Shown: positions 45,914 to 55,916 of the stretch, piece by piece
How the letters are laid out: each line of letters starts with the position of its first letter
Numbering within the stretch: the first letter of the stretch is position 1
Source: Actinomycetota bacterium
Lineage (GTDB): Bacteria > Actinomycetota > Acidimicrobiia > Acidimicrobiales > Acidimicrobilacustridaceae
DNA length: 64,000 nt
NCBI GenBank assembly: GCA_016185305.1
Contig: JACPNV010000050.1
Span: forward strand, 7,040-71,039
Direction of reading: 5' to 3'
Notes under the pieces: generated by a model
What the model saw: the letters and a program-made list of their open reading frames with translations, nothing else
Database searches by the model: none
Told to the model about the DNA's origin: nothing
Made by a program: the position numbers and the translations under genes

Positions 45914-46579
45914 GTGCCGATCGGTGGATCGAGGGGAACGGGGTCGTTCGCGATCGCTTCGGTTGCCTTGGCCTTCGCGCTTGTCGCCGCGGGGTGCCGA
46001 GGCACCGAGGTCGACAACGGCTCGGCGCCGGAGGGCACCTCGGCGCGGACCGGTGCCACCGCGCCTGCGACGACCGCGCCCGGCACGACCCAGCCGGTGG
46101 GGACGACGATGGCGCCAACCACGACCACCACCCCCGTGCCCCCGACGTCGGCCGCGCCGACCTCGACGACGACCGGCGGCGCGGCGCCGTCCTCAACCTC
46201 CGTCATCACCGTTCCGTATCCCCAGTCGTCGCAGTCGATCCCCGCGGGCGCGTCTGCCGCCGACAAGGCGTGGTGCGCGCAGGCCAAGCCGATCTCGGTG
46301 GCGCTGCTGGCCATCTACAGCCTCACCGTGAGCCAGCTCGAAGACTTGGTCAACCAGGCGCGGGCGTTGCAGGCGAGCGCGCCTGCGCCGTTGCAGGCAC
46401 CGCTCGGCACCCTGGACGAGATCGGCAGCAGGTTCCTCGCCGCGGTGAAGGCGGGCAAGTACACGATCTCGGTGGAAGGCATCGCCAACTTTGCCAGCCA
46501 GAACCTCACCGCCGACCAGCAGAAGGGCTTCGTGACGGCGGTCGGCGACATCAACAGCTGGATCAGCCGCACCTGCTGA
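45914..46579 (+). CDS. Lipoprotein with Thr/Pro-rich linker, unknown function
   Basis: AIASVALAFALVAAGC lipobox, TTAPGTTQPVGTTMAPTTTTTPVPPTSAAPTSTTT linker, helical C-terminal domain. GTG start is tentative. Confidence 0.5.
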   Translation: MPIGGSRGTGSFAIASVALAFALVAAGCRGTEVDNGSAPEGTSARTGATAPATTAPGTTQPVGTTMAPTTTTTPVPPTSAAPTSTTTGGAAPSSTSVITVPYPQSSQSIPAGASAADKAWCAQAKPISVALLAIYSLTVSQLEDLVNQARALQASAPAPLQAPLGTLDEIGSRFLAAVKAGKYTISVEGIANFASQNLTADQQKGFVTAVGDINSWISRTC

Positions 46580-46644
46580 GGCCCGATCCCGACGGGCCAC
46601 ATGTGGCCCTTTCGGTACCGCAGAACCGTTGGTATCGATGGACC

Positions 46645-47460
46645 ATGGCCGCGCGGAGAAGCAGATCGAAACGGTCGGCTCGCCGCCGATCGGCGCTGGA
46701 AGCGATCGCGGTCGGAGCAGCGTCGAGCGCGGGGCCACGGCCGGACAACCAGGATCGCTTCCTCGCGAGGGCTGGCCTCGGGATCCTGAGCGACGGGGTC
46801 GGTGGGTATGCCGGCGGCTCTCGCGCCGCGGAGCTGTCGGTGGCGGCGACCCGGTCCGTGTTGGAGGTTGCGAGGTCGTGTGGCCAAGAGGTCGATGCCA
46901 ACGTGCTGGGTGAGGCGTTCGCCCGCGCCAATCTCGATGTGCGGCGTGCGCGCGCCCGCGACCCTCAGCACTGCCACATGGGCGCGACGCTCACCGTCGC
47001 CATCAGGTCAGCCGATGCCGGCGCCGCGAGCCGGTGGCGCATCGCCCACTCCGGCGACTCGCCGGTCTTCCGTGTCACGCCGGCGGGGGCCACCGCGGTC
47101 ACGGCGGACCACACGGTTCCCGGCCTGCTCCTGGCGCAACGGTCGATCACCTCGGCAGAGGCGGCCGACCACCCGTAACGGAACATGCTCTTGCGAGCGG
47201 TCGGCCTCGAGGACGAACTGCGACCTGACCTCACCGAGGTCGGGCTGGGGCCGGGCGACGCGCTGGCGTTGGTGTCGGACGGATGCTCCGACGTCGTCGC
47301 AGCGGAGGTGATTGGCCGGTTGGTCAATGACGCGCCGACCGCGCTGGCGGCGGCCGAGCGCTTGGTTTCCGAAGCCATCGACCGGTGCACGACCGACAAC
47401 GTCACCGCGATCGTGTTGCGCCACGTGCCATCCTCCTCCCGTGAGGGACGGGCGATCTGA
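46645..47460 (+). pseudogene. PP2C-family Ser/Thr phosphatase interrupted by an in-frame TAA (47176-47178)
   Basis: RPDNQDRFL, ILSDGVGGYAGG, MGATLTV, HSGDSPVF, AADHP*RNMLLRAVG, LVSDGCSD, TDNVTAIVL. Both halves are in the same frame; the stop sits inside the conserved HPxxN.L.R.LG motif. Confidence 0.75.
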
Positions 47461-47478
47461 GACTGCGAGAACGCAAGC

Positions 47479-48240
47479 GTGACGATCGAGGTGCGTGTGC
47501 ACCCCACCCCATGGAAGGCGACCTTCCCGCTCGATCAGGTCGTCCGGCTCGGCCGGGACCGGTCCAACGATGTTGTCGTCGGTCGCGAACGCGTCCACGG
47601 GCGAGCCACGGTCTCGAAGGTGCATGCCCACGTGCAATGGGACGGCACGCGATGGAGCACGTTGAACGTGAGCGACAAGACCGGCCTGCTGTCGGTCTAC
47701 GAGCCCGGCTACGAGGAGGTGCCGCTCGAGCCGGGCCGGCCATGGGTGCCGGTGCGGCACCGCTGGAGCCTGAGCTTCGGTCGCCCCGATCATCTCTTCA
47801 CCGTGGTGTTCTCGACCGGTGACCATCACGGCCCCGGAGTGGCAGCCTTGGGTAGCGACGGACTCCACACGCTCGAGCCCGATTCGGCCATGAGCGAAGA
47901 AGACGAGCCCACTGCCGCGCTCGACAGCATGGTGAGCCCCGCGTTCACACCGCTCGAGATCGATGCGCTGCTCGCGTACTACTCGGCGTTCTTGCTGCTG
48001 CCGAGGCCCGCGGTGCTGGCCCCTCGATCACACGACGAAGCGGCTCGCCGCCTTGGCCGCTCCAAGGACTCGACGCGCAAGGCGATCGCGCGGGCCAACG
48101 AGAAGATCGGCTCGGTGGCCGGGGCGCCGGCCATCGCCAGCGGCCGGAACGTATCCGAAGAGATCGGGCGCTGGCTGGCGCGAGCGGGTCTGATCGACCT
48201 CGAACATCACCTCGAACATCACCTCGAACATCGGAGTTGA
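47479..48240 (+). CDS. FHA-domain protein with a C-terminal HTH-like region and a LEHH repeat tail
   Basis: VVRLGRDRSNDVVV...VSKVHAHVQWDGTRWSTLNVSDKTGL (FHA-like). C-terminus: DEAARRLGRSKDSTRKAIARANEKI. Ends LEHHLEHHLEHRS. Confidence 0.6.
   Translation: MTIEVRVHPTPWKATFPLDQVVRLGRDRSNDVVVGRERVHGRATVSKVHAHVQWDGTRWSTLNVSDKTGLLSVYEPGYEEVPLEPGRPWVPVRHRWSLSFGRPDHLFTVVFSTGDHHGPGVAALGSDGLHTLEPDSAMSEEDEPTAALDSMVSPAFTPLEIDALLAYYSAFLLLPRPAVLAPRSHDEAARRLGRSKDSTRKAIARANEKIGSVAGAPAIASGRNVSEEIGRWLARAGLIDLEHHLEHHLEHRS
48199..48234. repeat. 12-nt tandem repeat x3 (CTCGAACATCAC) encoding LEHH
   Basis: Two perfect copies plus a third matching 10/12, at the 3' end of the FHA gene. Confidence 0.85.
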
Positions 48241-48325
48241 GCCGGCCGTTGCCGGGGGGACGCACGGCGAGGCAGCGGTCGGTTCAGTAGGGTGTCGGCT
48301 TCATGGTGCCACTGCGGGTCAGCAC

Positions 48326-48355
48326 GCCGCGGCCGCGGCCGCGGCCGCGGCCGCG
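48326..48355. repeat. Hexanucleotide microsatellite (GCCGCG)x5, self-complementary
   Basis: Five perfect copies read directly, upstream of the probable esterase start. Confidence 0.9.
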
Positions 48356-48410
48356 GGTTCGGGAGGGCGGCGGCGAGACGGGGGCGCGACCGGTCAGACG
48401 ACGCCGGCGG

Positions 48411-49493
48411 ATGCGGACCGCCGCATCTCGGGCGGCGATCGTGGCGTCGGTCGCCGGGCTGGTGGCCACGGCATGCTCAGGAGCCGCCACGACGACGGGC
48501 GCCGAGTCGCCCGGTGCGAGTGTCGCCGCCGCGGCAGCGCCCGCCACCACCGCCGCGCCGGCGGTCACGCCGATCGGCGCGCCGGTGCCCTCGCCGGGCT
48601 GCGGGCGGAGCACCCAGGCGGCCACCGACCTCGAGAAGCGCACGATCCCTGTTGGCGGTGCCGAGCGGTGGTACCTCCTCACGACACCCGCGAAGCACGA
48701 CGGCAAGACGCCGCTGCCACTGGTCGTCGACTTCCACGGTCTGCTCGAAGGCGCGCAGATCCATGCCGCGATGAGCAAGTTCGGCGACCTCGGCAAGAGC
48801 GAGGGGTTCGTGGTTGCCACGCCGAACGGCAGTGGTGAGCCGGTGCGCTGGGACGTGTCTCCGGGCTCGTCCAACCAAGACCTGGCCTTCATCGATGCCC
48901 TGCTCGTCCGGCTCGGCACCGAGCTCTGCATCGACACGTCGCGCGTGTACGCGACCGGCCTCTCGTACGGGGCGATCATGACGTCCTTCCTCACCTGCCA
49001 GCGATCGGACAAGTTCGCGGCCGTCGCACCGGTGGCCGGCCTCATGGTGCCGGCGCCGTGCGACCAGACGCGCAAGGTGCCGATCCTCACCATCCACGGC
49101 ACGGCCGACCCGATCCTGCTGTTCAACGGCGGCGCGGGAAGCCGGCTCGGCAGCCTCGTGGGCCGCGGCGATTCCACGACGCCGGACACGACACCGCCAC
49201 CCGACCTCAACGGCCCGGGTTACCCGGCCAACGCGGCGACGTGGGCGGAACGCAACGGGTGCCAGCCGGCGCCGACCGACACCAAGGTCACCGAGAACGT
49301 GATCCGCCGCGTCTACGACTGCCCGAAGGATGCGCCGGTCGAGTTCCTCATCGTGCTCGGCGGCGGCCACGCCTGGCCCGGCAGCGAGTTCAGCAAGAGC
49401 ATCGAGAAGGTCGTCGGCCCCACCACCTTCGAGATCGACGCCACCGTCGAGGCCTGGAAGTTCTTCCAGCGCTACCAGCTTCCGCAACCCTGA
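48411..49493 (+). CDS. Secreted esterase, PHB-depolymerase/LpqC-like alpha/beta hydrolase lipoprotein
   Basis: Lipobox LVATAC, PLVVDFHG, GLSYGA (GxSxG), ILTIHGTADP. Start moved to ATG 48411. Confidence 0.7.
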   Translation: MRTAASRAAIVASVAGLVATACSGAATTTGAESPGASVAAAAAPATTAAPAVTPIGAPVPSPGCGRSTQAATDLEKRTIPVGGAERWYLLTTPAKHDGKTPLPLVVDFHGLLEGAQIHAAMSKFGDLGKSEGFVVATPNGSGEPVRWDVSPGSSNQDLAFIDALLVRLGTELCIDTSRVYATGLSYGAIMTSFLTCQRSDKFAAVAPVAGLMVPAPCDQTRKVPILTIHGTADPILLFNGGAGSRLGSLVGRGDSTTPDTTPPPDLNGPGYPANAATWAERNGCQPAPTDTKVTENVIRRVYDCPKDAPVEFLIVLGGGHAWPGSEFSKSIEKVVGPTTFEIDATVEAWKFFQRYQLPQP

Positions 49494-49523
49494 CTCCCGG
49501 CCCGAAGGCCGTCCGCCGGCTCG

Positions 49524-51299
49524 CTACTCGTACAGCTCGTCGAAGTCGGCGACGTACTCGCGGTACACGACGTTGCGCTTCAGCTTGAGCGTCGGTGTCA
49601 GCTCGCCGGTCTCCTGCGAGAAGTCGTGGTCGAGGATGCGGAACCGCTTGATCTGCTCGACCTTGGCGTAGTTCGCGTTCACGCGGTCGACCTCGCTCTG
49701 GATCATCGCCCGCACCTCGTCACGGTCGGCGAGCGAGGCGATGTCGGTGGGCAGACCCTGGCCTTCCGCCCACGGCACGATGGTCTCGGGGTCCAGGGTG
49801 ATGAGTGCGACCGGATAGGGGCGGCGATCGGCGTACATCACGGCTTGGGAGATCCACGGGGACTGGCGCAGGTCGCCTTCGAGGTTGGCCGGGGTCAGGT
49901 TCTTCCCGCCGGCCGTGATGATGATGTCCTTCTTGCGGCCGGTGATCGTGAAGTAGCCCTCGTCGTCGACGTGGCCGAGGTCGCCGGTGTGCATCCAGCC
50001 GTCGTGGTCGATCGTCTCGGCGGTCGCCGCGGGGTTGTTCCAGTACTCCTTGAACACGACGGGCCCGCGGATGAGGATCTCGCCGTCGTCGGCGATCTTC
50101 ATCTCGACGCCGGGTTGCGGCCGGCCGATGGTGCCGAACTTGTACGCGTCGGGAAGGTTGATCGTTCCGAGCGACGACGTCTCGGTCATGCCCCAGCCCT
50201 CATAGACCGGGGCGCCCGCGGCGTAGAAGAACCGGAGGATCTCGGGCGCTATGGGCGCCGCCCCCGAGATGGCGAACTTCAACTCGCCGCCGAACAGCGA
50301 GCGCACGAGCCCGAACATCACCTCGTCTGCTGCCGCCACGGTCTGCTTGTCTGCCTCGCTCGGCTCGTCGCCTCGGTGCTCGGCCTCGCGCAGCCGAACG
50401 CCGGCATCGACGGCTCGCTGAAAGTCGTCGCGCGCGTCGTCGGTGACCATCTGGGTCGCCATCGTGTAGATCTTCTCGAAGATGCGCGGCACCGAGGGCA
50501 GCACGGTCGGTTTCACGACCGACAGCTCGCTGACGATCTGGGTGGTGTCGCCGCCGAAGTATCCGATCGTCGCGCCGACCTCGAGCACGTCGGCCTGGAT
50601 CAGCTGCGCGAACACGTGCGCCAGCGGGAGGTAGAGGTACACGACGTCGCCGGGCCCGACGAGGCCGAGCTCGGTGACGATGCGCCGGCCCTCGGCGAAC
50701 CCGCCGTGGGTCAGGACGACCCCTTTCGGCCGGCCCGTGGTTCCCGACGTGTAGATGATCAGGTACGGATCGTCCAAGGTCACGGCGTCGATGCGAGCGC
50801 GCAGCTCGGAGTCGTCGTGGTCCTGGCCATCGGCCGCGAGGGAGTCGAGCGTGGGAAGACCGCTGCCGTCGCCGTCGATGAGCACGACGTGCTCGAGTGC
50901 AGGAAGTCCGTCGCGGACGGTTTCGATCTTCGCGACTTGGTTGGCATCCTCGGCGATCACCATCCTCGCCCCCGAGTCGCCGGCGACCCATTGGCACTCG
51001 TCGGGCGAGCTCGTGGGATAGATCGGCACCACGATCGCTCCTGTGGCCGAGACCGCGAGGTTCGCCACGGTCCACTCGAACCTCGTGTTGGAGAGGATGC
51101 ACACCCGGTCGCCCGGGCCGACGCCGGCTCTGAGCAGACCCTTGGCCAAGGGCCGAACCATCTCGCCGAGCTGGGCGTAGGTCGTTCCGGTCCAACCATC
51201 GCCGCTGCGGTGGCGGGCCGCGACGTGGTCGGGGTAGCGGGCCGCGGCGTCATCGGCGAGCGAGGCCATGGTCGCTGCCGCCTTGTTGGTCGATGTCAT
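49524..51299 (-). CDS. Long-chain fatty-acid-CoA ligase (AMP-forming)
   Basis: IIYTSGTTGRPKGVVLTH, EGWGMTET, HTGDLG, TLKLKRNVVYREY C-terminus. Confidence 0.85.
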   Translation of the reverse strand: MTSTNKAAATMASLADDAAARYPDHVAARHRSGDGWTGTTYAQLGEMVRPLAKGLLRAGVGPGDRVCILSNTRFEWTVANLAVSATGAIVVPIYPTSSPDECQWVAGDSGARMVIAEDANQVAKIETVRDGLPALEHVVLIDGDGSGLPTLDSLAADGQDHDDSELRARIDAVTLDDPYLIIYTSGTTGRPKGVVLTHGGFAEGRRIVTELGLVGPGDVVYLYLPLAHVFAQLIQADVLEVGATIGYFGGDTTQIVSELSVVKPTVLPSVPRIFEKIYTMATQMVTDDARDDFQRAVDAGVRLREAEHRGDEPSEADKQTVAAADEVMFGLVRSLFGGELKFAISGAAPIAPEILRFFYAAGAPVYEGWGMTETSSLGTINLPDAYKFGTIGRPQPGVEMKIADDGEILIRGPVVFKEYWNNPAATAETIDHDGWMHTGDLGHVDDEGYFTITGRKKDIIITAGGKNLTPANLEGDLRQSPWISQAVMYADRRPYPVALITLDPETIVPWAEGQGLPTDIASLADRDEVRAMIQSEVDRVNANYAKVEQIKRFRILDHDFSQETGELTPTLKLKRNVVYREYVADFDELYE

Positions 51300-51501
51300 G
51301 GTGTCCCCCGAGGGTGAAGGTGCGGTGTCCGCACCCCGAACCGTACCGAGTCGAGCCGGCCGTCGACCGCCGACGTCGGAACCCGCACGCCCTCTCGGCT
51401 TTCGTGCTCAGAGCACTTTCTATAGGATGGTAGGCAGTCCTAATAGCGGGCTCGCCGGAACGACCCCGCTCGCCGCGTGAGCCGATGCGAAGGAGCACTG
51501 C

Positions 51502-51969
51502 ATGTCTCGACCCCGCAAGCTTGCGACCACCACGATCCTCGCGAGCGCCTTCTTTGTGGCGGGGTGCGGCAGCCCCGGCAACGCGAGTGCGGGCTCGGCC
51601 GGTGCGTCATCGACCGGTGGTGTCGACGGCCAGCCCGGTGCCACGGCGCGCGCCGGGTCCAGCTACGCCATCGTGCCGGCCGCGGAGGTGACGGCGGGGC
51701 TCGCCGATGTGCAGAAGTTGGCCGCGGACGCGAAGGCCCAGCTCACCTCCGACCCGGCCGCAGCCAAACAGAGCACGAAGGCGATGTACGACAGGTGGTA
51801 CGACTTCGAAGGCACCGTTCGCAAGAACGACAAGAGCCTCTACCTGCCGATGGAGGACGGGCTGGCCGCGATCAAGGCGGGCGTCGAGCAGAACGACCCG
51901 ACCAAGGTCGACAGAGGCATCAACGATCTGCAGACCAGCGCATCTCAGTACCTCGCGAAGTTCCCATGA
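51502..51969 (+). CDS. Lipoprotein, helical; possible accessory to the FTR1 permease
   Basis: LASAFFVAGC lipobox. Stop overlaps the FTR1 start (ATGA). Confidence 0.5.
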   Translation: MSRPRKLATTTILASAFFVAGCGSPGNASAGSAGASSTGGVDGQPGATARAGSSYAIVPAAEVTAGLADVQKLAADAKAQLTSDPAAAKQSTKAMYDRWYDFEGTVRKNDKSLYLPMEDGLAAIKAGVEQNDPTKVDRGINDLQTSASQYLAKFP

Positions 51970-53324
51970 CTTCATCGAGCGACGTGTCCGTCTTCGCTCG
52001 CCGGCTGTTCCGGGCCGCCATCGCCGCGCTTGCTCTGACCCTGGCCGTCGGGTTGTTCTCGTCCGGCGCTTCGGCACAGGCGACCAACGTCAGCCGGGAG
52101 GACGCGATCCGCCAGCTCGACGACGTGCGCGCGACCATCGACCGCACGCTTGCACTTCTCGACAACGGCCAGCGCGACGCGGCCTACGAACAAGCAATAA
52201 CCGGCTACCTCGATCACTACGAGCTCGTCGAGGTTCTGCTGCGCGTCGCGGATCCAGAGCTGACCGTGCAAGCCGAGGGCGTGTTCGCCGAGACTCGCGG
52301 GCTGATCCGCAGCGGTGCGGCGCCCTCCGAGGTCCGGGCCAAGCTGATCGAGCTCCGCTCCTACATCGACGAGTCCGAGCGCCGGCTGACCGACGCGGGG
52401 ATGAGCGCGCCCGCCCTCGTGTTCGGCCAGGCGTTCCTCATCATCTTCCGTGAAGGCCTGGAAGTGGTGCTGCTGCTGGCCGTGCTGCTCGGCTACCTCG
52501 AGTCGTCCAGAGTCGGCCAGTACCGGCGGCCCGTGGTGACGGGTGTCGGCCTTGCCGTGCTCGCCACCGTGGTCACGTTCGTCGCGTTCTCCACGGTGCT
52601 GTCTCGGCTTCCGCTTGGGCGCGAGTTGCTGGAAGCGATCACGTCGTTGGTCGCGGTTGCCGTGTTGTTCTGGGTCTCGTTCTGGTTGCTGTCTCGACTC
52701 GATCATCGGCGTTGGATGGAGTTCTTGAAGGCCCGGGTCTGGCGGGCAGTGTCGGTCGGGTCGACGGTGTCGCTCATCCTGTTGGGCTTCACCGCGGTCT
52801 ACCGCGAGGGCTTCGAGAGCGTGCTCTTCTACCAGGCGCTGCTCTCGTTCGGCGCCGGGCTCGTGGGGTGGGTCGTTGCCGGCTTGCTCGCGGGCATCGC
52901 CGCCCTGGCGGTCGTGGCCATGTTGGTCTTCCGGCTGGGCCGCAACCTTCCGGTCGCGACGTTCTTGAAGGTCGCCGTCGTCCTCGTGATGGTGACGTCG
53001 ATCATGTTCCTCGGCAACGCGGTTCGTGCTCTGCAGGAGGCGTTCGTGATCCCGCGGACGCCGATCGAGGTTCCTCGGTTCCCGATCTTCCTCGCCGAGG
53101 CGACGGGCTGGTGGCCGACGCTCCAGACGGTCGTCGCCCAGATCGCGCTCCTGCTCGTGTACACGATCGGCGCGACCTATGCGTTCGTGATCAAGCCCCG
53201 ACGTGATCGGGCCCGCCCTGAGGAGTCCCCTATGCTGCCCGCGCCGAGCGCAGCGCTCGATGACGGCGACTTGGCTCCGGCCGGCGTGCCGTCGCCCTCT
53301 GTCTCGGCAGACGTTCGTAGCTGA
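51966..53324 (+). CDS. FTR1-family iron permease with an N-terminal extracytoplasmic helical domain
   Basis: Two REXXE motifs (FREGLEVVLL, YREGFESVLF); 7 TM helices. Trimmed from track ORF 51477..53324. Confidence 0.8.
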   Translation: MTSSSDVSVFARRLFRAAIAALALTLAVGLFSSGASAQATNVSREDAIRQLDDVRATIDRTLALLDNGQRDAAYEQAITGYLDHYELVEVLLRVADPELTVQAEGVFAETRGLIRSGAAPSEVRAKLIELRSYIDESERRLTDAGMSAPALVFGQAFLIIFREGLEVVLLLAVLLGYLESSRVGQYRRPVVTGVGLAVLATVVTFVAFSTVLSRLPLGRELLEAITSLVAVAVLFWVSFWLLSRLDHRRWMEFLKARVWRAVSVGSTVSLILLGFTAVYREGFESVLFYQALLSFGAGLVGWVVAGLLAGIAALAVVAMLVFRLGRNLPVATFLKVAVVLVMVTSIMFLGNAVRALQEAFVIPRTPIEVPRFPIFLAEATGWWPTLQTVVAQIALLLVYTIGATYAFVIKPRRDRARPEESPMLPAPSAALDDGDLAPAGVPSPSVSADVRS

Positions 53325-53341
53325 TCGGCAGACGATCCAGC

Positions 53342-55412
53342 ATGGGTGTACGAGTAGGCGTCGATGTCGGGGGGACGTTCACCAAGGCGATCGCGTTCGA
53401 CCTCGCGCAGACCAAGGTCGTGGCCGAGGCGGCGGTGCCCACGACACACGGAGATGAACACGGTGTCGCCCAGGGCGTGGTCCAGGTCGTGGCGTCGATC
53501 GCCGATGACGTCGGCGCGCCGAACATCGAGCTCGTGGTGCACTCGACCACGCAGGCAGTCAACGCGTTGCTGGAGGGCGACACCGAGCCAGTCGGTGTGA
53601 TCGGGCTGGGGCGGCGTCCCGAGCTCAACCGCACTCGAAAGCGCACCGAGCTGCGCAACATCGAGCTTGCACCCGGCAAGCTCCTCTGCACGATGCCCAG
53701 GTTCTTCGATGTGACCAACGGGCTTGACGAGGAAGCGATCGAGAAGGCCTTGGTCGAGTTGAAGGAGCTCGGCGCGGGCACCGTCTGCGTCGCGGAGGCG
53801 TTCGCGCCGGATGACACGGCGAACGAGGAGCGAGTGGCGGCGCTGGCGGCCAAGGCCGGGCTCCCCGCCTGCATGTCGACTGAGCTGTCGGGCTTGTACG
53901 GGCTCGAGTTGCGCGCGGTGACGGCCGCGATCAACGCATCCGTCCTCACGATCGCCGCAGCCACGGCGGCCTACGTCGAGGAGGGCCTTGCTTCGGCGGG
54001 CGTTCACGCGCCGCTGCTCGTCATGCGGGGCGACGGGGGCGCGACCGACATGAACGGCTTCCGCCTTCATCCGGCGCGGACGCTCTACTCCGGGCCGGCG
54101 GCGACGGTGGCCGGTGCGCTGCGCTTCACCGAGGCGACCGAAGCGGTCGTCGTAGAGATAGGCGGGACATCCACGAACGTCGCCGCCATCCACGATGGGC
54201 AACCCGCGCTCTCGTACGTCCGGGTGGCGAGCCACGCGACCGCGCTGCGATCGATCGATGTGCGGGTGATCGGCGCTGCCGGCGGGTCGATGCTGCGTGT
54301 GCGTCGCGGGAAGGTTTACGGCGTTGGTCCGCGCAGTGCGCACATCGCCAGTCTGGGCTACTGCTCGTACGCGCCGACTGGCACGTTCACCAGAGACGGT
54401 TGCCGGGTCGTCGAGATCGCCCCGCGCCGCGGGGACCCGATGGGCCCTGACCAACACCTGCGCTGCGGTCGCGCTCGGCATCACGCGACCGAACGACTAC
54501 GCGCACGCTGGGCCCGGAGAAGCGAACGCCGCCTTCGCTCTCGCGGGCCGCCACCTTCGCATCGACGGCCGCAAGGTCGCGTCGAGGATGCTCGAAGCGT
54601 CGGGGGAGGCGATCTGCGAGCTGATCGCGTCTGTCGCCGCGGAGGTGCACCTCGCCTTCCCACCACCAGTCGTGGCCGTCGGTGGCGGCGCGGGCGGGCT
54701 CGGCCGCCATGTGGCCGCGATGTTGCAGACCTCGTGCGTCGTACCGCCTCGTGCCGAGGTGATCTCGTCGATCGGCGCTGGCCTGTCGATCGTCCGGGCC
54801 GAGCGTGAGCGCACGGCGAGCGCGACGGATGCATCGATCATCGACCAGCTCGCGGCTGAGGTGGAAGACGAGGTCGCGACCGCGGGCGCCTCACCGTCGT
54901 CGATCGAAGTCCGTGTCGACGAACAGTCGGAGAAGGGCACGGTCCGTGCCGTCGCGACCGGAGCGGTCGCACTGGCGTCGGGCGCGCTGCCGGGCCGTGA
55001 GCCCATCGACGGTGAGCAAGCGCGCCGGCTCGTCGAGCAGCACGGCGCGATGGTTGCGTCACTGGCGCGAATCGCGTCGTTCTGGGTGGCGACTGCACCG
55101 GGCGGCAAGGCGCGTGAGGCGCCGCGTGTCGTCGTGCTCGACCGGTGGGGTGATCCGGTGATCGACACGAGCGGGGACGTGCTGCACGACGCCGAGAAGC
55201 CGTCGTTAGAAGCGGCGGTGGCGCGGCACACGCGGCAGCGCGGTCCGGTCAAGATCGAGCCCACCGTGTGGGTGCTCAAAGGCAACCGGGTGACAGCGAT
55301 CGAGTCGGGCGATCGCGCGAGCACAGCGGCTGACCTCGCGCAGACGTCCGCGGTGAGCGTGCCGCCGGCCGAGAACGACCACACCTTCGTCGTCATCATC
55401 GGGAGCAAGTGA
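53342..55412 (+). pseudogene. Hydantoinase/oxoprolinase-family (ASKHA) protein, split by one frameshift near 54438-54442
   Basis: VGVDVGGTFTKAI N-terminus, VVEIGGTSTNVAAI. Frame 2 (...EIAPRRGDP) continues in frame 0 (WALTNTCAAVALGITRP...VVAVGGGAGG...). The two track ORFs 53342..54808 and 54297..55412 overlap. Confidence 0.65.
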
Positions 55413-55870
55413 TGGCCCTCTACATTCCGGCCGGCCGTCGCCGGCGCCGTCTGATCGTCGCCACCGTGCTCAGTCTGGTCCTCGGTATCACGGCGGGCTG
55501 GAGCCTTGGCCGCGCGACCGCGCCGTCACCAGCCGACGGGGCGGCTCAAGCCAAGCAACTCGTTGGCAAGGGCGCTGGCCAGCTTTCGGCCCTTCCCCTC
55601 GAGTACGAGAAGCGGTCTCGCGGCGAGATCGACAAGGAGGTGTTTGCGGCTTCGCTCAAACGCGGACTTGACGCTACCGGCACGAACCTCGACGCGGCGC
55701 TCGCGGCGGCGCCATGGCTCGATGAACGGGTCAAGCAACAGCTCCGGGCCGATGTCGAGCGGGTGCGTAGCGTCGCCGACAGAGATGCTCCACCCGCCGA
55801 GTTCGACGCGGCCGTGAACAAGGCGGTCGCGGACATCAACACGGCGTTTGGCTCCGAGCCTCCCGGGTGA
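55409..55870 (+). CDS. Single-pass membrane-anchored helical protein, unknown function
   Basis: RRRRRLIVATVLSLVLGITAGW anchor. Start overlaps the upstream stop (GTGATG). Confidence 0.45.
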   Translation: MMALYIPAGRRRRRLIVATVLSLVLGITAGWSLGRATAPSPADGAAQAKQLVGKGAGQLSALPLEYEKRSRGEIDKEVFAASLKRGLDATGTNLDAALAAAPWLDERVKQQLRADVERVRSVADRDAPPAEFDAAVNKAVADINTAFGSEPPG

Positions 55871-55916
55871 ACCGAGCGCCTACACTCCAGGGGACCTTGG
55901 ACAGACTGCGAGAGCG

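Noticed and set aside
48326-48355. Possible CRISPR-like repeat
   Set aside because: It is a contiguous hexanucleotide microsatellite without spacers, and no cas genes are present.
49626-51317. 563-aa plus-strand ORF opposite the long-chain acyl-CoA ligase
   Set aside because: Antisense artefact with no motifs; the minus strand has AMP-binding signatures.
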